Origin: an uncultured archaeon
Lineage (GTDB): Archaea; Iainarchaeota; Iainarchaeia; Iainarchaeales; VGJJ01
Assembly (NCBI GenBank): GCA_964557045.1
Contig: CAZKYB010000002.1
Location: forward strand, 1,212-65,211
DNA: 64,000 bases
Direction of reading: 5' to 3'
Shown here: one piece after another, positions 8,695 through 17,856 of the stretch
Layout of the letters: the number at the start of each line of letters is the position of its first letter
Position numbering within the stretch: position 1 is the first letter of the stretch
Notes under the pieces: generated by a model
Database searches by the model: none
Told to the model about the DNA's origin: nothing
Seen by the model: the letters and a program-made list of their open reading frames with translations, nothing else
Position numbers and translations under genes: made by a program

Positions 8695-10053
8695 ATGAAT
8701 CAGATCGCCCATTTCGATCGCGCCAAACTACTCCGAGAACTCAAAAACAGCCCATTCAATCAGGAGACCGATAAAGTTATGCGGGCCCTTGACGGGCTCG
8801 CGAAGAAGTTAGAGGGGGGATACAAACTCGATGTGAACCCCGACGAAATCATCCAGAAGTTCGCCCAAAATCCCGCGGACGAAATTGAAATTCGTAAGCT
8901 GTTCGCGGTGCGACCCTTTAGGATTTTCTTCACCACATCCCTATCTCAAAATGGAGAACTCATAATTACTGCGTTCCTAGGAGCGCGCCCTGAAGAACTG
9001 GCTCAACGAAGAAAAACATTACGAAATGCCAACAAACACCTATTCCACGGATTCTTGGCATCGAACGCCAAACTCAAACGACGAAAGGGATTTGCAGAAG
9101 ATATGCTTAAACTTGCCCGAGAAACCGAACACACCGCGTATGCAAAATTCTATGTAACTCCATATAATCGCGGCAAGGGAAAAAGGGAAATTGCCATTAT
9201 TATGCACCCATTCCAGCGAGCACGACTGGTATATGACCCGTCCAGTGAAATCCAATACACCAAATTCAATCATCGCGTCAAAAGAGTAAAAGGAATGCTT
9301 ACTCACCTACTGCACTCCAATAACCCCACCCTCAACAAGGCCCGACCAACAATTCAACAACTTTTACTCGCGATACAACAAGTTGGCGACTCTGCCACTC
9401 ATGAGGGAGAAGGATTCAAGAATAGCCTATCCGTACTTGACGCCCTCATTCGAGGCGTTCGTAAATCCCCTGATCTAAAAGTCGTAACAGCCACTCGAGA
9501 AAAAATGAGCCGCCAAGACCCCGCCAAGAGTCAAGGGAAACCAACTCTCCGAGGGACCGAACACCTTCGAACAATTCTATTACGTTTCAGAGGAGATGCC
9601 ATACATGTAAGGAACATGTACAAACGCAAGGGAAACGAACACCCCTATGCCAGTGCAGGAAACATATCGGGACGAAGGAGAGAACTCGTGCTATACCTCG
9701 TATCCGGTCTCGCTCGACGGGCATTTGAGGAGGTATTCCGAATCCCAGCCTATCGATATATGCTATCGCCCAATCAGATTGGCTCCATTCGCCTAATGAA
9801 AGAAAGAGGGCAGATACGAGAAAAGATTAAGGCATTCCCAGAACAGCTCATGAAAAGGCAAAAACGAATAACCGAGCCCCTTACAATCCCATTGAACCCC
9901 GTAACACCTAGCGGCGAATCATTGGACCCTGTTCCATTTACCCTCGACATGGTTTCACTCGATCGACGCAAAATAATCATTGCCCAACGCCAGCTCGAAA
10001 AAAGAAAGAAAAAAAGAGAAATGCGAAAAAACTCACGAAAAAGAAATCGGTAG
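8695..10053 (+). CDS. Hypothetical 452-aa protein with a very basic C-terminal tail and no recognisable domain. Its AT content is locally higher than its neighbours.
   Basis: Long clean ORF with a TATA-like ttattaatc about 30 nt upstream. The C-terminus is KRKKKREMRKNSRKRNR. There is weak RelE/Gp49-like resemblance around FRIFFTT...ELIITAFLGARPEE, stated at low confidence. Confidence 0.5.
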   Translation: MNQIAHFDRAKLLRELKNSPFNQETDKVMRALDGLAKKLEGGYKLDVNPDEIIQKFAQNPADEIEIRKLFAVRPFRIFFTTSLSQNGELIITAFLGARPEELAQRRKTLRNANKHLFHGFLASNAKLKRRKGFAEDMLKLARETEHTAYAKFYVTPYNRGKGKREIAIIMHPFQRARLVYDPSSEIQYTKFNHRVKRVKGMLTHLLHSNNPTLNKARPTIQQLLLAIQQVGDSATHEGEGFKNSLSVLDALIRGVRKSPDLKVVTATREKMSRQDPAKSQGKPTLRGTEHLRTILLRFRGDAIHVRNMYKRKGNEHPYASAGNISGRRRELVLYLVSGLARRAFEEVFRIPAYRYMLSPNQIGSIRLMKERGQIREKIKAFPEQLMKRQKRITEPLTIPLNPVTPSGESLDPVPFTLDMVSLDRRKIIIAQRQLEKRKKKREMRKNSRKRNR

Positions 10054-10106
10054 AAATCGAACTCAGGCTAAAACAGACTACAAAAAGAAGAGAACGAAAT
10101 AACACC

Positions 10107-10886
10107 CTATTTGTGTCCGCGAAGACCTGCGTGCTTTCGCTTCGCGTATTCGTGACCTCTCACGAGTTCAAATCGGTTCATGTACAAGATTGTTTTCAGG
10201 ATCTCCAAGAATGGAATAACAAAGCCGAACATCAACAAAACCGAGATGTATCTTCCGGCATACACAAAGGAATCAATGAACGCCTCCACTAAGGGAAGCA
10301 ACCCCACGAGAACGGTACCCAAGACCACGACTAAGAGGAACTCAAAGAAGTTTTGGCGAATCACATACCAGTTGGTTAATACGGCCTCACGAATGGGCTT
10401 CTCATCAATCACCAAGGATTGAGGGACGAAGACGAGGGAAATAGAAACCAACAGCAAGAGGGCGTTGAGCCCAAGAATGGGAATGTGAAACATACTCCCA
10501 AGGATTACGAGTGCAATGAACACCACGGACAGCAAGACAAAGTACATGAACATGGTCACGAAGAACTTCTGCACCATCTCACGCAAGTAGTAGCGCACCT
10601 TGATGTGGGACATGTCATTGCGCACCGCAAGAATGAGCAAGGTCAAGAGAATCGAATACATGGCGATGAAAACCAATCCCGCCAACACCTCCGCCAGCAC
10701 CACTTCCCAGGCTAAAGGAAAGAAGGAGTAGTCAAAGAAGATGGTCCCGTTGAACAAGGACATATTTCCAAAGCGCAAAAAGAAGAAAACGAAAACAAGC
10801 AGGATGGCAAAGGAGAGGGAGAGCTTGAGATTCTCACGATACTGATGGTGGACCTGCTCCACCAATGAAAATTCCCCTCGAACCAT
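10107..10886 (-). CDS. Polytopic membrane protein (about 6-7 TM), unknown function. Last gene of the pilin-like operon.
   Basis: 259 aa and almost entirely hydrophobic helices. It shares strand and tight spacing with 10964..11497 and 11542..13146. Confidence 0.55.
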   Translation of the reverse strand: MVRGEFSLVEQVHHQYRENLKLSLSFAILLVFVFFFLRFGNMSLFNGTIFFDYSFFPLAWEVVLAEVLAGLVFIAMYSILLTLLILAVRNDMSHIKVRYYLREMVQKFFVTMFMYFVLLSVVFIALVILGSMFHIPILGLNALLLLVSISLVFVPQSLVIDEKPIREAVLTNWYVIRQNFFEFLLVVVLGTVLVGLLPLVEAFIDSFVYAGRYISVLLMFGFVIPFLEILKTILYMNRFELVRGHEYAKRKHAGLRGHK

Positions 10887-10963
10887 AAACTATGCAAAAG
10901 GCGAAACAGGATTATAAGCCTGCGGGAAGGAAACCCAACGCGACCCTCAACATAATGGGAGAT

Positions 10964-11497
10964 TTAGAGAAGGTGGGGGAGTTTCTCTTTCCAATAGGAA
11001 TGAATCAACACATAGGAGACCCACCCCAGAAGCGCGGACAAGACGAACAGGAAAAAGGGAGAGGGAAGCAGCTGCTCCACGAAATGACTCGAGACAAACG
11101 TCCACGTGGGACCAAACGAATAGAACCCCGGACTCGGCTTGCCCTGCACCATCGCCGTGAGAAAGGCGTTGTTCCAGAAATACCCAATCAGGGCGATGAA
11201 AAACGTCACGTAGGAAATGATCACAAAACCCAACGCAAAAGGGACCGACAAAATCTGTTCATCCTTGAAGTGGCGCAAATACCAAGAGATGGAAACCCAG
11301 GCAAACAGGAAACCAATCAGGGGAATCAACCACAGCAAGGGATCCACAAAAACATACCCGTCAAAGGGCTTTCCCGAGAAGAATGATTGACCATACCCGT
11401 CCCACTTGGGCAGAAAGGACAAGGAGGCGTAAAGAAGATAGAGAAAGACATACGACACCACTACGAGAATACCACCCTTCACGTGACGGGAATGCAT
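10964..11497 (-). CDS. Polytopic membrane protein (about 4-5 TM), unknown function. Middle gene of the pilin-like operon.
   Basis: 177 aa with hydrophobic helices. It lies 45 nt downstream of the pilin-like gene. Confidence 0.55.
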   Translation of the reverse strand: MHSRHVKGGILVVVSYVFLYLLYASLSFLPKWDGYGQSFFSGKPFDGYVFVDPLLWLIPLIGFLFAWVSISWYLRHFKDEQILSVPFALGFVIISYVTFFIALIGYFWNNAFLTAMVQGKPSPGFYSFGPTWTFVSSHFVEQLLPSPFFLFVLSALLGWVSYVLIHSYWKEKLPHLL

Positions 11498-11541
11498 ACT
11501 ACCCTACACGACTGAAGGGGATTAAAAACGGGCGGGTTCGG

Positions 11542-13146
11542 CTACGGAGAATAATAAAACGCACTCATCCCAATCGACGCGAACGTGGAAGAAAATGGCG
11601 AAACCGAGTTTAAGGTGAAGGCACTCGAAGGAGGATTGGGATACCGAATCCCCACAAACATCACATCCGGAGACGCCGGAGCGTTGAGGATGTTGTCCTT
11701 GAACTTCTGCGTGTAGAAATCGTACGGTTGACTGCAGGTGTAAAACCAATCCTCTACATCATCATCGGGATTGGGATCCAAATCCAGAAAACCCATCTTG
11801 GGGCCCCCGGGAAACGGATTCACATCCAGATTAAGCACATTAGGAGAAGCAATCGAGGCGTCCGTCATCAAGGCGCACGCCATCAGGGGATCCGCAATGG
11901 GTGCGGAGGGATTCAAGACATAAAATTCGAGATTCGCCAGCTCGGAGGTGTACCCGTTACACAAGGCCTGTCCGCAGGTCACATCGGGAGTGGTGCCGCA
12001 GGAAGACTTGTACTGAACATCGAACCCATTCACTCCCACCGAAAAAACAGGCGCGAAGTTCTGGAGAAACACCGCCCCTTTGATGGGGGCAATATCCATG
12101 CTGATGAAGGGACCCTTTTTGTTCGGCCCTGTCGAATGCGTGAAAAAGGAATCGACTCCGCTCACGTTGACACAAAACGCACTCTCGTAGGAGTCCCCCA
12201 CGCTACAAACAAACTCTCCTTCAGGCACACCCAAGGATTGACATGCCTCATCGATACTCCCTGAAATGGGACTCGTCGAAGGGGCTGGACAACTGAGCGG
12301 GGAACAATTGGGAGGAAAAATACACCCAAACTGAACATAGGGTGTGCTCGGCGCAGGATTGCCCAGATTCTCGCACTGGAATGAAGACCCGAGCAGGAAT
12401 GGACTCGTGGAGTACCAGGAAAGTTTATCGGCATCCGTGTCCCACCCTTCCTTTACCGTGGTTCCATCAGGTGCGACTTGGGAAACTTTCATAAAAATCT
12501 GAACGGAGACCAAATCCTTGTGGTTGAGATTACCCACGGAAACGATAACCACCTCTTTCTTTGGCTCGGCAGGTGACAACTGAAAGGTTGCGTCGTCAAT
12601 GAAAGAAGATGGAAGTGCATCCAAGTCAGAAAAATCGAACTCCGTGGAGCAGGGACCCGTGAGCTTGACGACGGGACCCGAACCATCATCGCTGGTCTCG
12701 GACTCGCACATGTTTAAGGGAAGCGTTACGCAATTCTCGGTAGCCGGATCACAAACCCCCCCAGCCGGTGTTACGGGAAACTCCAGCGTGATGATGGGGC
12801 CCTGCCCACCATAGAAACTACCTCCGTCACAAATCCCATTCTTGCAGAAAATTTTGAACCCAATCCCATCTAGCTGGAGGGTTCTCCAGGTCGTGTCCTC
12901 GAGAATAAACCCATTCGGCGCCGTGAGCAGACCATCATTCCAATTCAAGTGGAGACTGCACGCCGCGTTGTCGGATCCCGAACAGAGGTCGATCTTCTCA
13001 TACTCCTGAAGATTTTGATCAAACAAACCCCCGCCGTATGGACCTAGAAAAATAAGCAAGAGGAAAACAATCAACGCCACTAAGGAGCCGGCCCCGAGCA
13101 ACAAGAGATACTCGAGAGAGCCCTGCCCAGAGGAAACACGACGCAT
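11542..13146 (-). CDS. Large (534 aa) Cys-rich extracellular protein with an archaeal class III (type IV prepilin-like, DUF361-type) signal peptide. Candidate pilin or adhesin.
   Basis: The N-terminus MRRVSSGQGSLEYLLLLGAGSLVALIVFLLLIFL has G|QxSxEYLLLL with Glu at +5, like EppA/PibD substrates. The ectodomain carries about 24 Cys (CSGSDNAAC, CKNGICDGG, GGVCDPATENC, NCSPLSCP and others). Start moved from 13179 to the internal ATG at 13146. Confidence 0.7.
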   Translation of the reverse strand: MRRVSSGQGSLEYLLLLGAGSLVALIVFLLLIFLGPYGGGLFDQNLQEYEKIDLCSGSDNAACSLHLNWNDGLLTAPNGFILEDTTWRTLQLDGIGFKIFCKNGICDGGSFYGGQGPIITLEFPVTPAGGVCDPATENCVTLPLNMCESETSDDGSGPVVKLTGPCSTEFDFSDLDALPSSFIDDATFQLSPAEPKKEVVIVSVGNLNHKDLVSVQIFMKVSQVAPDGTTVKEGWDTDADKLSWYSTSPFLLGSSFQCENLGNPAPSTPYVQFGCIFPPNCSPLSCPAPSTSPISGSIDEACQSLGVPEGEFVCSVGDSYESAFCVNVSGVDSFFTHSTGPNKKGPFISMDIAPIKGAVFLQNFAPVFSVGVNGFDVQYKSSCGTTPDVTCGQALCNGYTSELANLEFYVLNPSAPIADPLMACALMTDASIASPNVLNLDVNPFPGGPKMGFLDLDPNPDDDVEDWFYTCSQPYDFYTQKFKDNILNAPASPDVMFVGIRYPNPPSSAFTLNSVSPFSSTFASIGMSAFYYSP

Positions 13147-13233
13147 GGACGCAAGCAACTCGACCGGGAATAAAAACAAGCGGGTTGGGGCTCACCCACT
13201 CCCCTAAAAAACCCGGGTGCGCATCCCTACTTC

Positions 13234-14217
13234 ATGATGGAAAACACCACCCTCAAGCTACCATGGGTTGAAAAGTACCGACCCAAGACCCTCTCCGAGG
13301 TTATTGGACAGGAACCCATCACGAAACGATTGGAAAGCTACGTCAAGACGCGTGACTTGCCCCACCTCATGTTCGCTGGACACGCTGGAATTGGAAAAAC
13401 CTCGGCGGCCGTGGCCCTCGCGAAGGAATTGTTTGGGGAGGAATACCAACGCAACTTTTTGGAATTGAACGCCTCCGATGAACGAGGAATCGACGTGGTA
13501 CGCTCTACGATTAAAGAATTTGCGCGCACCCTTGCATTCAACGCGGACTTCAAGGTTATTTTCTTGGACGAATGTGATGCACTCACCACCGATGCACAGC
13601 AAGCCCTACGCCGCACCATGGAACGATATTCCAAAACGTGCCGATTCATCCTCTCGTGCAATTATTCCTCTCGCATCATCGAACCCATCCAATCCCGCTG
13701 CGTGGTGTTTCGATTTCGACCCTTACACATCAAAGATTTGGAGAAGCAAATTCAACGCATTGCTCACGAGGAAAAACTCACCGTGGATGCGAAAGCGATT
13801 ACTGCGTTAGAATACATCGCAGAAGGAGACATGCGCAAGGCCACCAATGTCTTGCAAGCCGCTTCTGCGTTGGAAAAGAAAATCACGGAAGACATTGTGT
13901 ACACCGTAGCCAATCGGGCGAAGCCCAAAGAAATCAAGGAAATGGTCCAATTGGCCATGGAAGGAAAATTCCTCCCCGCGCGAGAAAAACTCGATGTTTT
14001 GATGCTGGAAAGCGGACTCTCGGGAGAAGACGTCATCAAGCAGATCCACAAAGAAGTCATTGATTGGGACGAAAAAGAGATTGACTCCAAGACTAAGATT
14101 CGATTAGTGGATCGGATTGGAGAATACGACTTTCGCTTGGTGGAAGGGGCCAATGAACGCATTCAAATCGAAGCCCTCCTTGCCCAAATAGGATTAGTTG
14201 CCAGCGAGAAGAAGTAA
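13234..14217 (+). CDS. rfcS: Replication factor C small subunit (clamp loader).
   Basis: N-terminal WVEKYRPKTL, Walker A GHAGIGKTS, DEAD-like DECD, SRC motif (QSRCVVFRF). 327 aa. Confidence 0.9.
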   Translation: MMENTTLKLPWVEKYRPKTLSEVIGQEPITKRLESYVKTRDLPHLMFAGHAGIGKTSAAVALAKELFGEEYQRNFLELNASDERGIDVVRSTIKEFARTLAFNADFKVIFLDECDALTTDAQQALRRTMERYSKTCRFILSCNYSSRIIEPIQSRCVVFRFRPLHIKDLEKQIQRIAHEEKLTVDAKAITALEYIAEGDMRKATNVLQAASALEKKITEDIVYTVANRAKPKEIKEMVQLAMEGKFLPAREKLDVLMLESGLSGEDVIKQIHKEVIDWDEKEIDSKTKIRLVDRIGEYDFRLVEGANERIQIEALLAQIGLVASEKK

Positions 14218-14228
14218 TTCTATCCTAC

Positions 14229-15479
14229 TCACTTGAAGAAATCCACCAATCGTCGTTGCACCGTAATCCGATCCAACACCTTTGAATTTTTCTTCCACTC
14301 TCGCATAGGAATCGTGAGTTTGGTTTCCAATCCCTTCAGTGCATCATCCAAGGATTCAAACAATTGGGGTTTTTGCTCCATGGCATTCCGCACATTCTGA
14401 CGACACTGCCAAACCCCCACGGGTTGAGCGTAGCCGGGGCCAATTTCCCTGAAAATAATCACCGCCGCCTGCCTCCTGTTTTCGGACAAATACTCTAACA
14501 CGGCCAAGCGCGTCGCATAGTATCCCCCGGCGACATTCTCCGCGTAGTTTTTTCTCCCCTCATAGAATTCGTGGTCGCAACTCATGTGGACTTCCTTCAT
14601 TTCTTGGGCCCAGAATGAACCCGGACGATAGGCTTCCATGATATCAAAGGACCACTCGCGGGGAACCAACAAGACGTAGAAATGATTATCCAGGAAATGA
14701 GACTCAAACAAACGGAAATCGTTGATTTGAGGATAGTCCTTGATCTGGTCCAACAAATCCTTCCCCACTGTGTCATCCACCGCCGTGATGGACCAGCGCG
14801 TGGGGACGAGTTTTCGATTGTCCTTCTCCCCTAACGTGCCTGCGCTCAACAATTTGTACAAGTGATGCACCGGCGTGTCCTTGTGATACAACTCCTCCAT
14901 CGCCGTGGCCGCTTTGACGTGCGTATCGGAGACCAAGTATTCCACCTTGTCGGGAATGGAGGGATTCTCCTGCAACTTGAAATCCTTCATCGGCGCCTGC
15001 GGACCCATGGGGGGAGCGTCATGGGAGAATTCGAGCTTGGAAACCGGCGATTTGGTCAATTCGACCTCCACATCCACCTTCTCAGAGGCCATGGCCACCT
15101 CTTGGATCTTCTGCAACTCCACACCCGGGTCCTTCGCTTCGTGAATGGAAACGGGAATGTTACTCCGCACGAGTTGGGAACGATACCCCACCAAATCTTC
15201 GAGACTTTTACCAAACCACCGTTCAGGGTTATCCAACAAGTCCGCCTGGTCCCCATCCAAGTAATTCGTGGGAGCCATGGGTGCAATCTTGACTTTGGGG
15301 TACCCATAATGCGAAACAAAAATGCTCGGAGGAGAGCTCCCCGCGAAGGATTTCTCCTTCATTTGGGAGAGGGACTTTTGTTTGGTCTCGTATTTCTCCA
15401 ATATCCAACACGTCGGACCGCACCACAACCGACCGCGACACTTCACGCAGGTCTCCGGGGAGGGCTTTACTGGCTCCAT
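14229..15479 (-). CDS. NreA-like protein (archaeal Nre_N/Nre_C, DUF650/651 family; DNA-repair associated).
   Basis: The N-terminal Cys cluster CVKCRGRLWCGPTCWIL is typical of the Nre N-terminus as I recall it. About 416 aa, archaeal-specific, adjacent to RFC. The family call rests on memory of the family, not a computed match. Confidence 0.5.
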   Translation of the reverse strand: MEPVKPSPETCVKCRGRLWCGPTCWILEKYETKQKSLSQMKEKSFAGSSPPSIFVSHYGYPKVKIAPMAPTNYLDGDQADLLDNPERWFGKSLEDLVGYRSQLVRSNIPVSIHEAKDPGVELQKIQEVAMASEKVDVEVELTKSPVSKLEFSHDAPPMGPQAPMKDFKLQENPSIPDKVEYLVSDTHVKAATAMEELYHKDTPVHHLYKLLSAGTLGEKDNRKLVPTRWSITAVDDTVGKDLLDQIKDYPQINDFRLFESHFLDNHFYVLLVPREWSFDIMEAYRPGSFWAQEMKEVHMSCDHEFYEGRKNYAENVAGGYYATRLAVLEYLSENRRQAAVIIFREIGPGYAQPVGVWQCRQNVRNAMEQKPQLFESLDDALKGLETKLTIPMREWKKNSKVLDRITVQRRLVDFFK

Positions 15480-15575
15480 TCAGCCTATACATCCCGGAGG
15501 CTTTTGAATCCGTATATTAGGAAGGCGCCGACTGCACACCCAGCCATTTAAACCATTCCGGGGCTATTTCCAATT

Positions 15576-17510
15576 ATGACGAGCCCCATCCACTTGACCC
15601 TCCCGGACGGGAAACAACTCCAAGTGGAGAAGGGACAAACCGTGTTAGAGGCCATCCAAAAAATAGGCGCTCGACTCGCCCAGGCAGCCATCTCGGCGTC
15701 GCTGGACGGACAACTCGTTGATCTCACTCACAAAGTGGAGAAGAACGCCGCATTCAAGGTGCATACGTTTGCCTCGAATGAGGGAAAGGAAACCTACTGG
15801 CACTCCACTTCGCATCTCATGGCGTACGCCATCCAAGAATTATTCCCGGGGGCTCAATTTACCACAGGTCCTGCGATTGAAGAGGGATTCTATTACGATA
15901 TTGATTATGAACGACCTTTCACCCCGGAAGACTTGATTAAGATTGAAGAAAAAATGCGCGAGCTCGCCAAGAAGGATTTTCCTGTCAAGCGAATTGAACT
16001 CAAACGCGAAGAGGCCATCAAGTATTTCGAGAAACAGAAAAACCACTACAAGGTGGAAATACTCAAAGAATTGGACGAGAAAATGGTCTCCTTGTATGAG
16101 GAAGGAACTTTTACGGACCTTTGCACCGGACCCCACGTCACAAGTACGGGAAAAATTGTTGCCATCAAACTATTGAAAGTTGCGGGGGCCTATTGGAGAG
16201 GCGATGCGAAAAACAAACAATTGCAACGAATTTATGGAATCAGTTTTCCCACCCAAAAAGAATTGGATGAGCATTTGAAAATACTCGAAGAACGAGAAGC
16301 ACGCGATCATCGAAAGATAGCCAAAGAGATGAAAATATTCACATTCAATGAGGACATTGGAATGGGACTCCCTCTCTGGCTGCCGAATGGAGAGAAACTT
16401 TTCCACACCCTGCAAGAATTCATGCGCGAAGAGGAAGAGCGAGCCGGCTACCAATACGTGCGCACCCCCCACATCGCCAAAGAAAATGTCTATCGCCAGA
16501 CCGGACACATCCCCTACTACAAGGACAGCATGTACGCCCCGATTGACATTGAGGGAGAAAATTATTACCTCAAACCCATGAACTGCCCGCACCATCACAA
16601 GATATTCGCGGAGATGGTTCAGAGCTACAAACAACTCCCCTTGCGATTGGCCGAAGCGGGCAACGTGTATCGATTCGAACTCTCAGGAACCATGTATGGG
16701 ATTATCCGCGCGCGAGGATTTACGCAGAATGATTCCCACAACTATTGTACCCCCTCTCAAGTCGAAGATGAAGTGGTTTCCGTGTTAGAGATGAACATGC
16801 GCCTCTACGAGAAATTTGGAGTCAAAAACTATTGGTTCCGCCTCTCCCTCCCTGACTTTGAAGGACACCCGGAGAAGTATTCCGGAGATGAACAGCGATG
16901 GAGAGACGCCGCGGACTCGCTACGAAACGCACTCAAACGAGTGGGAAAGGACGCCGTGGAAACCAAGGATGAAGCCGCATTCTACGGACCCAAAATAGAC
17001 ATCCAAACACGCAACATTAAGGGAAAAGAAGACACGATTGCAACCGTACAAGTCGACATCATGGTCCCTAAACGCATGGGACTGAGCTACATCGACGAAA
17101 ATGATAAGCCCGCAATCCCCACCTGTGTACATCGAGCGATTTTGGGAAGCTATGAACGATTCATCGCCTTCTTGCTTGAACAAACCATGGGAAAGTTCCC
17201 TTTTTGGTTGGCCCCCGTTCAAGTGAAAGTCCTCCCCCTCTCGGAGAAATTTAGGGAATACGCCCAGCACGTCCAGGATTCACTCAAACACGCAGGGGTG
17301 AGATCGGAGTTAGACTCCACCGACCAAACATTGAATTATCGCATCCGAAACGCCCAATTGGAAAAAGTACCCTACATGATTATTGTAGGAGAAAAAGAAG
17401 AAACGGCCAAAACCGTGAGCGTCCGTACGCGAGAAGGAAAGCAGGAGAACGACCTCTCTCTCACCACGTTGATCCAGCGCCTCCAGCACGAAAATACAAC
17501 CCGCACATAG
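15576..17510 (+). CDS. thrS: Threonyl-tRNA synthetase (TGS, N2 editing-like, class II catalytic and anticodon-binding domains).
   Basis: 644 aa with class II motifs (FRLSGTMYG, GFTQNDSH), the zinc-site CPHHH region and an N-terminal TGS-like domain. Confidence 0.9.
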   Translation: MTSPIHLTLPDGKQLQVEKGQTVLEAIQKIGARLAQAAISASLDGQLVDLTHKVEKNAAFKVHTFASNEGKETYWHSTSHLMAYAIQELFPGAQFTTGPAIEEGFYYDIDYERPFTPEDLIKIEEKMRELAKKDFPVKRIELKREEAIKYFEKQKNHYKVEILKELDEKMVSLYEEGTFTDLCTGPHVTSTGKIVAIKLLKVAGAYWRGDAKNKQLQRIYGISFPTQKELDEHLKILEEREARDHRKIAKEMKIFTFNEDIGMGLPLWLPNGEKLFHTLQEFMREEEERAGYQYVRTPHIAKENVYRQTGHIPYYKDSMYAPIDIEGENYYLKPMNCPHHHKIFAEMVQSYKQLPLRLAEAGNVYRFELSGTMYGIIRARGFTQNDSHNYCTPSQVEDEVVSVLEMNMRLYEKFGVKNYWFRLSLPDFEGHPEKYSGDEQRWRDAADSLRNALKRVGKDAVETKDEAAFYGPKIDIQTRNIKGKEDTIATVQVDIMVPKRMGLSYIDENDKPAIPTCVHRAILGSYERFIAFLLEQTMGKFPFWLAPVQVKVLPLSEKFREYAQHVQDSLKHAGVRSELDSTDQTLNYRIRNAQLEKVPYMIIVGEKEETAKTVSVRTREGKQENDLSLTTLIQRLQHENTTRT

Positions 17511-17622
17511 AAATTCACCTAATTCCCGTCAATCGCCAGAGTCCGAGAGGAATCGTTTATATTCCACCCCACCTTGGACCCTCTTAATGTGTCCGCCTCG
17601 GCGGAAAGGAGACGAAAAAACT

Positions 17623-17823
17623 ATGGCGAAAGACGAACATGGAGTGTGCGGAATGCACCTCTGCGGAAAGTGCAGTAAAGTATGGGCGATCTTCGGAATC
17701 TTGTTCCTGATCCTCTCATTGGGATTGTGGAGCGGAGCCCCGGCATGGTGGAACCCCTGGACTTTAATCGGACTGTTCCTCCTATTCGGCGGACTTGGAC
17801 CCATGATGATGAAGAGCATGTAA
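17623..17823 (+). CDS. Small membrane protein with an N-terminal Cys cluster (about 66 aa).
   Basis: MAKDEHGVCGMHLCGKCSK followed by two TM helices. It fills the gap between thrS and the methyltransferase. Start is uncertain. Confidence 0.3.
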   Translation: MAKDEHGVCGMHLCGKCSKVWAIFGILFLILSLGLWSGAPAWWNPWTLIGLFLLFGGLGPMMMKSM

Positions 17824-17856
17824 GGTAGAGCCGGGGCTGAATCGCCCCGTTCTCAT

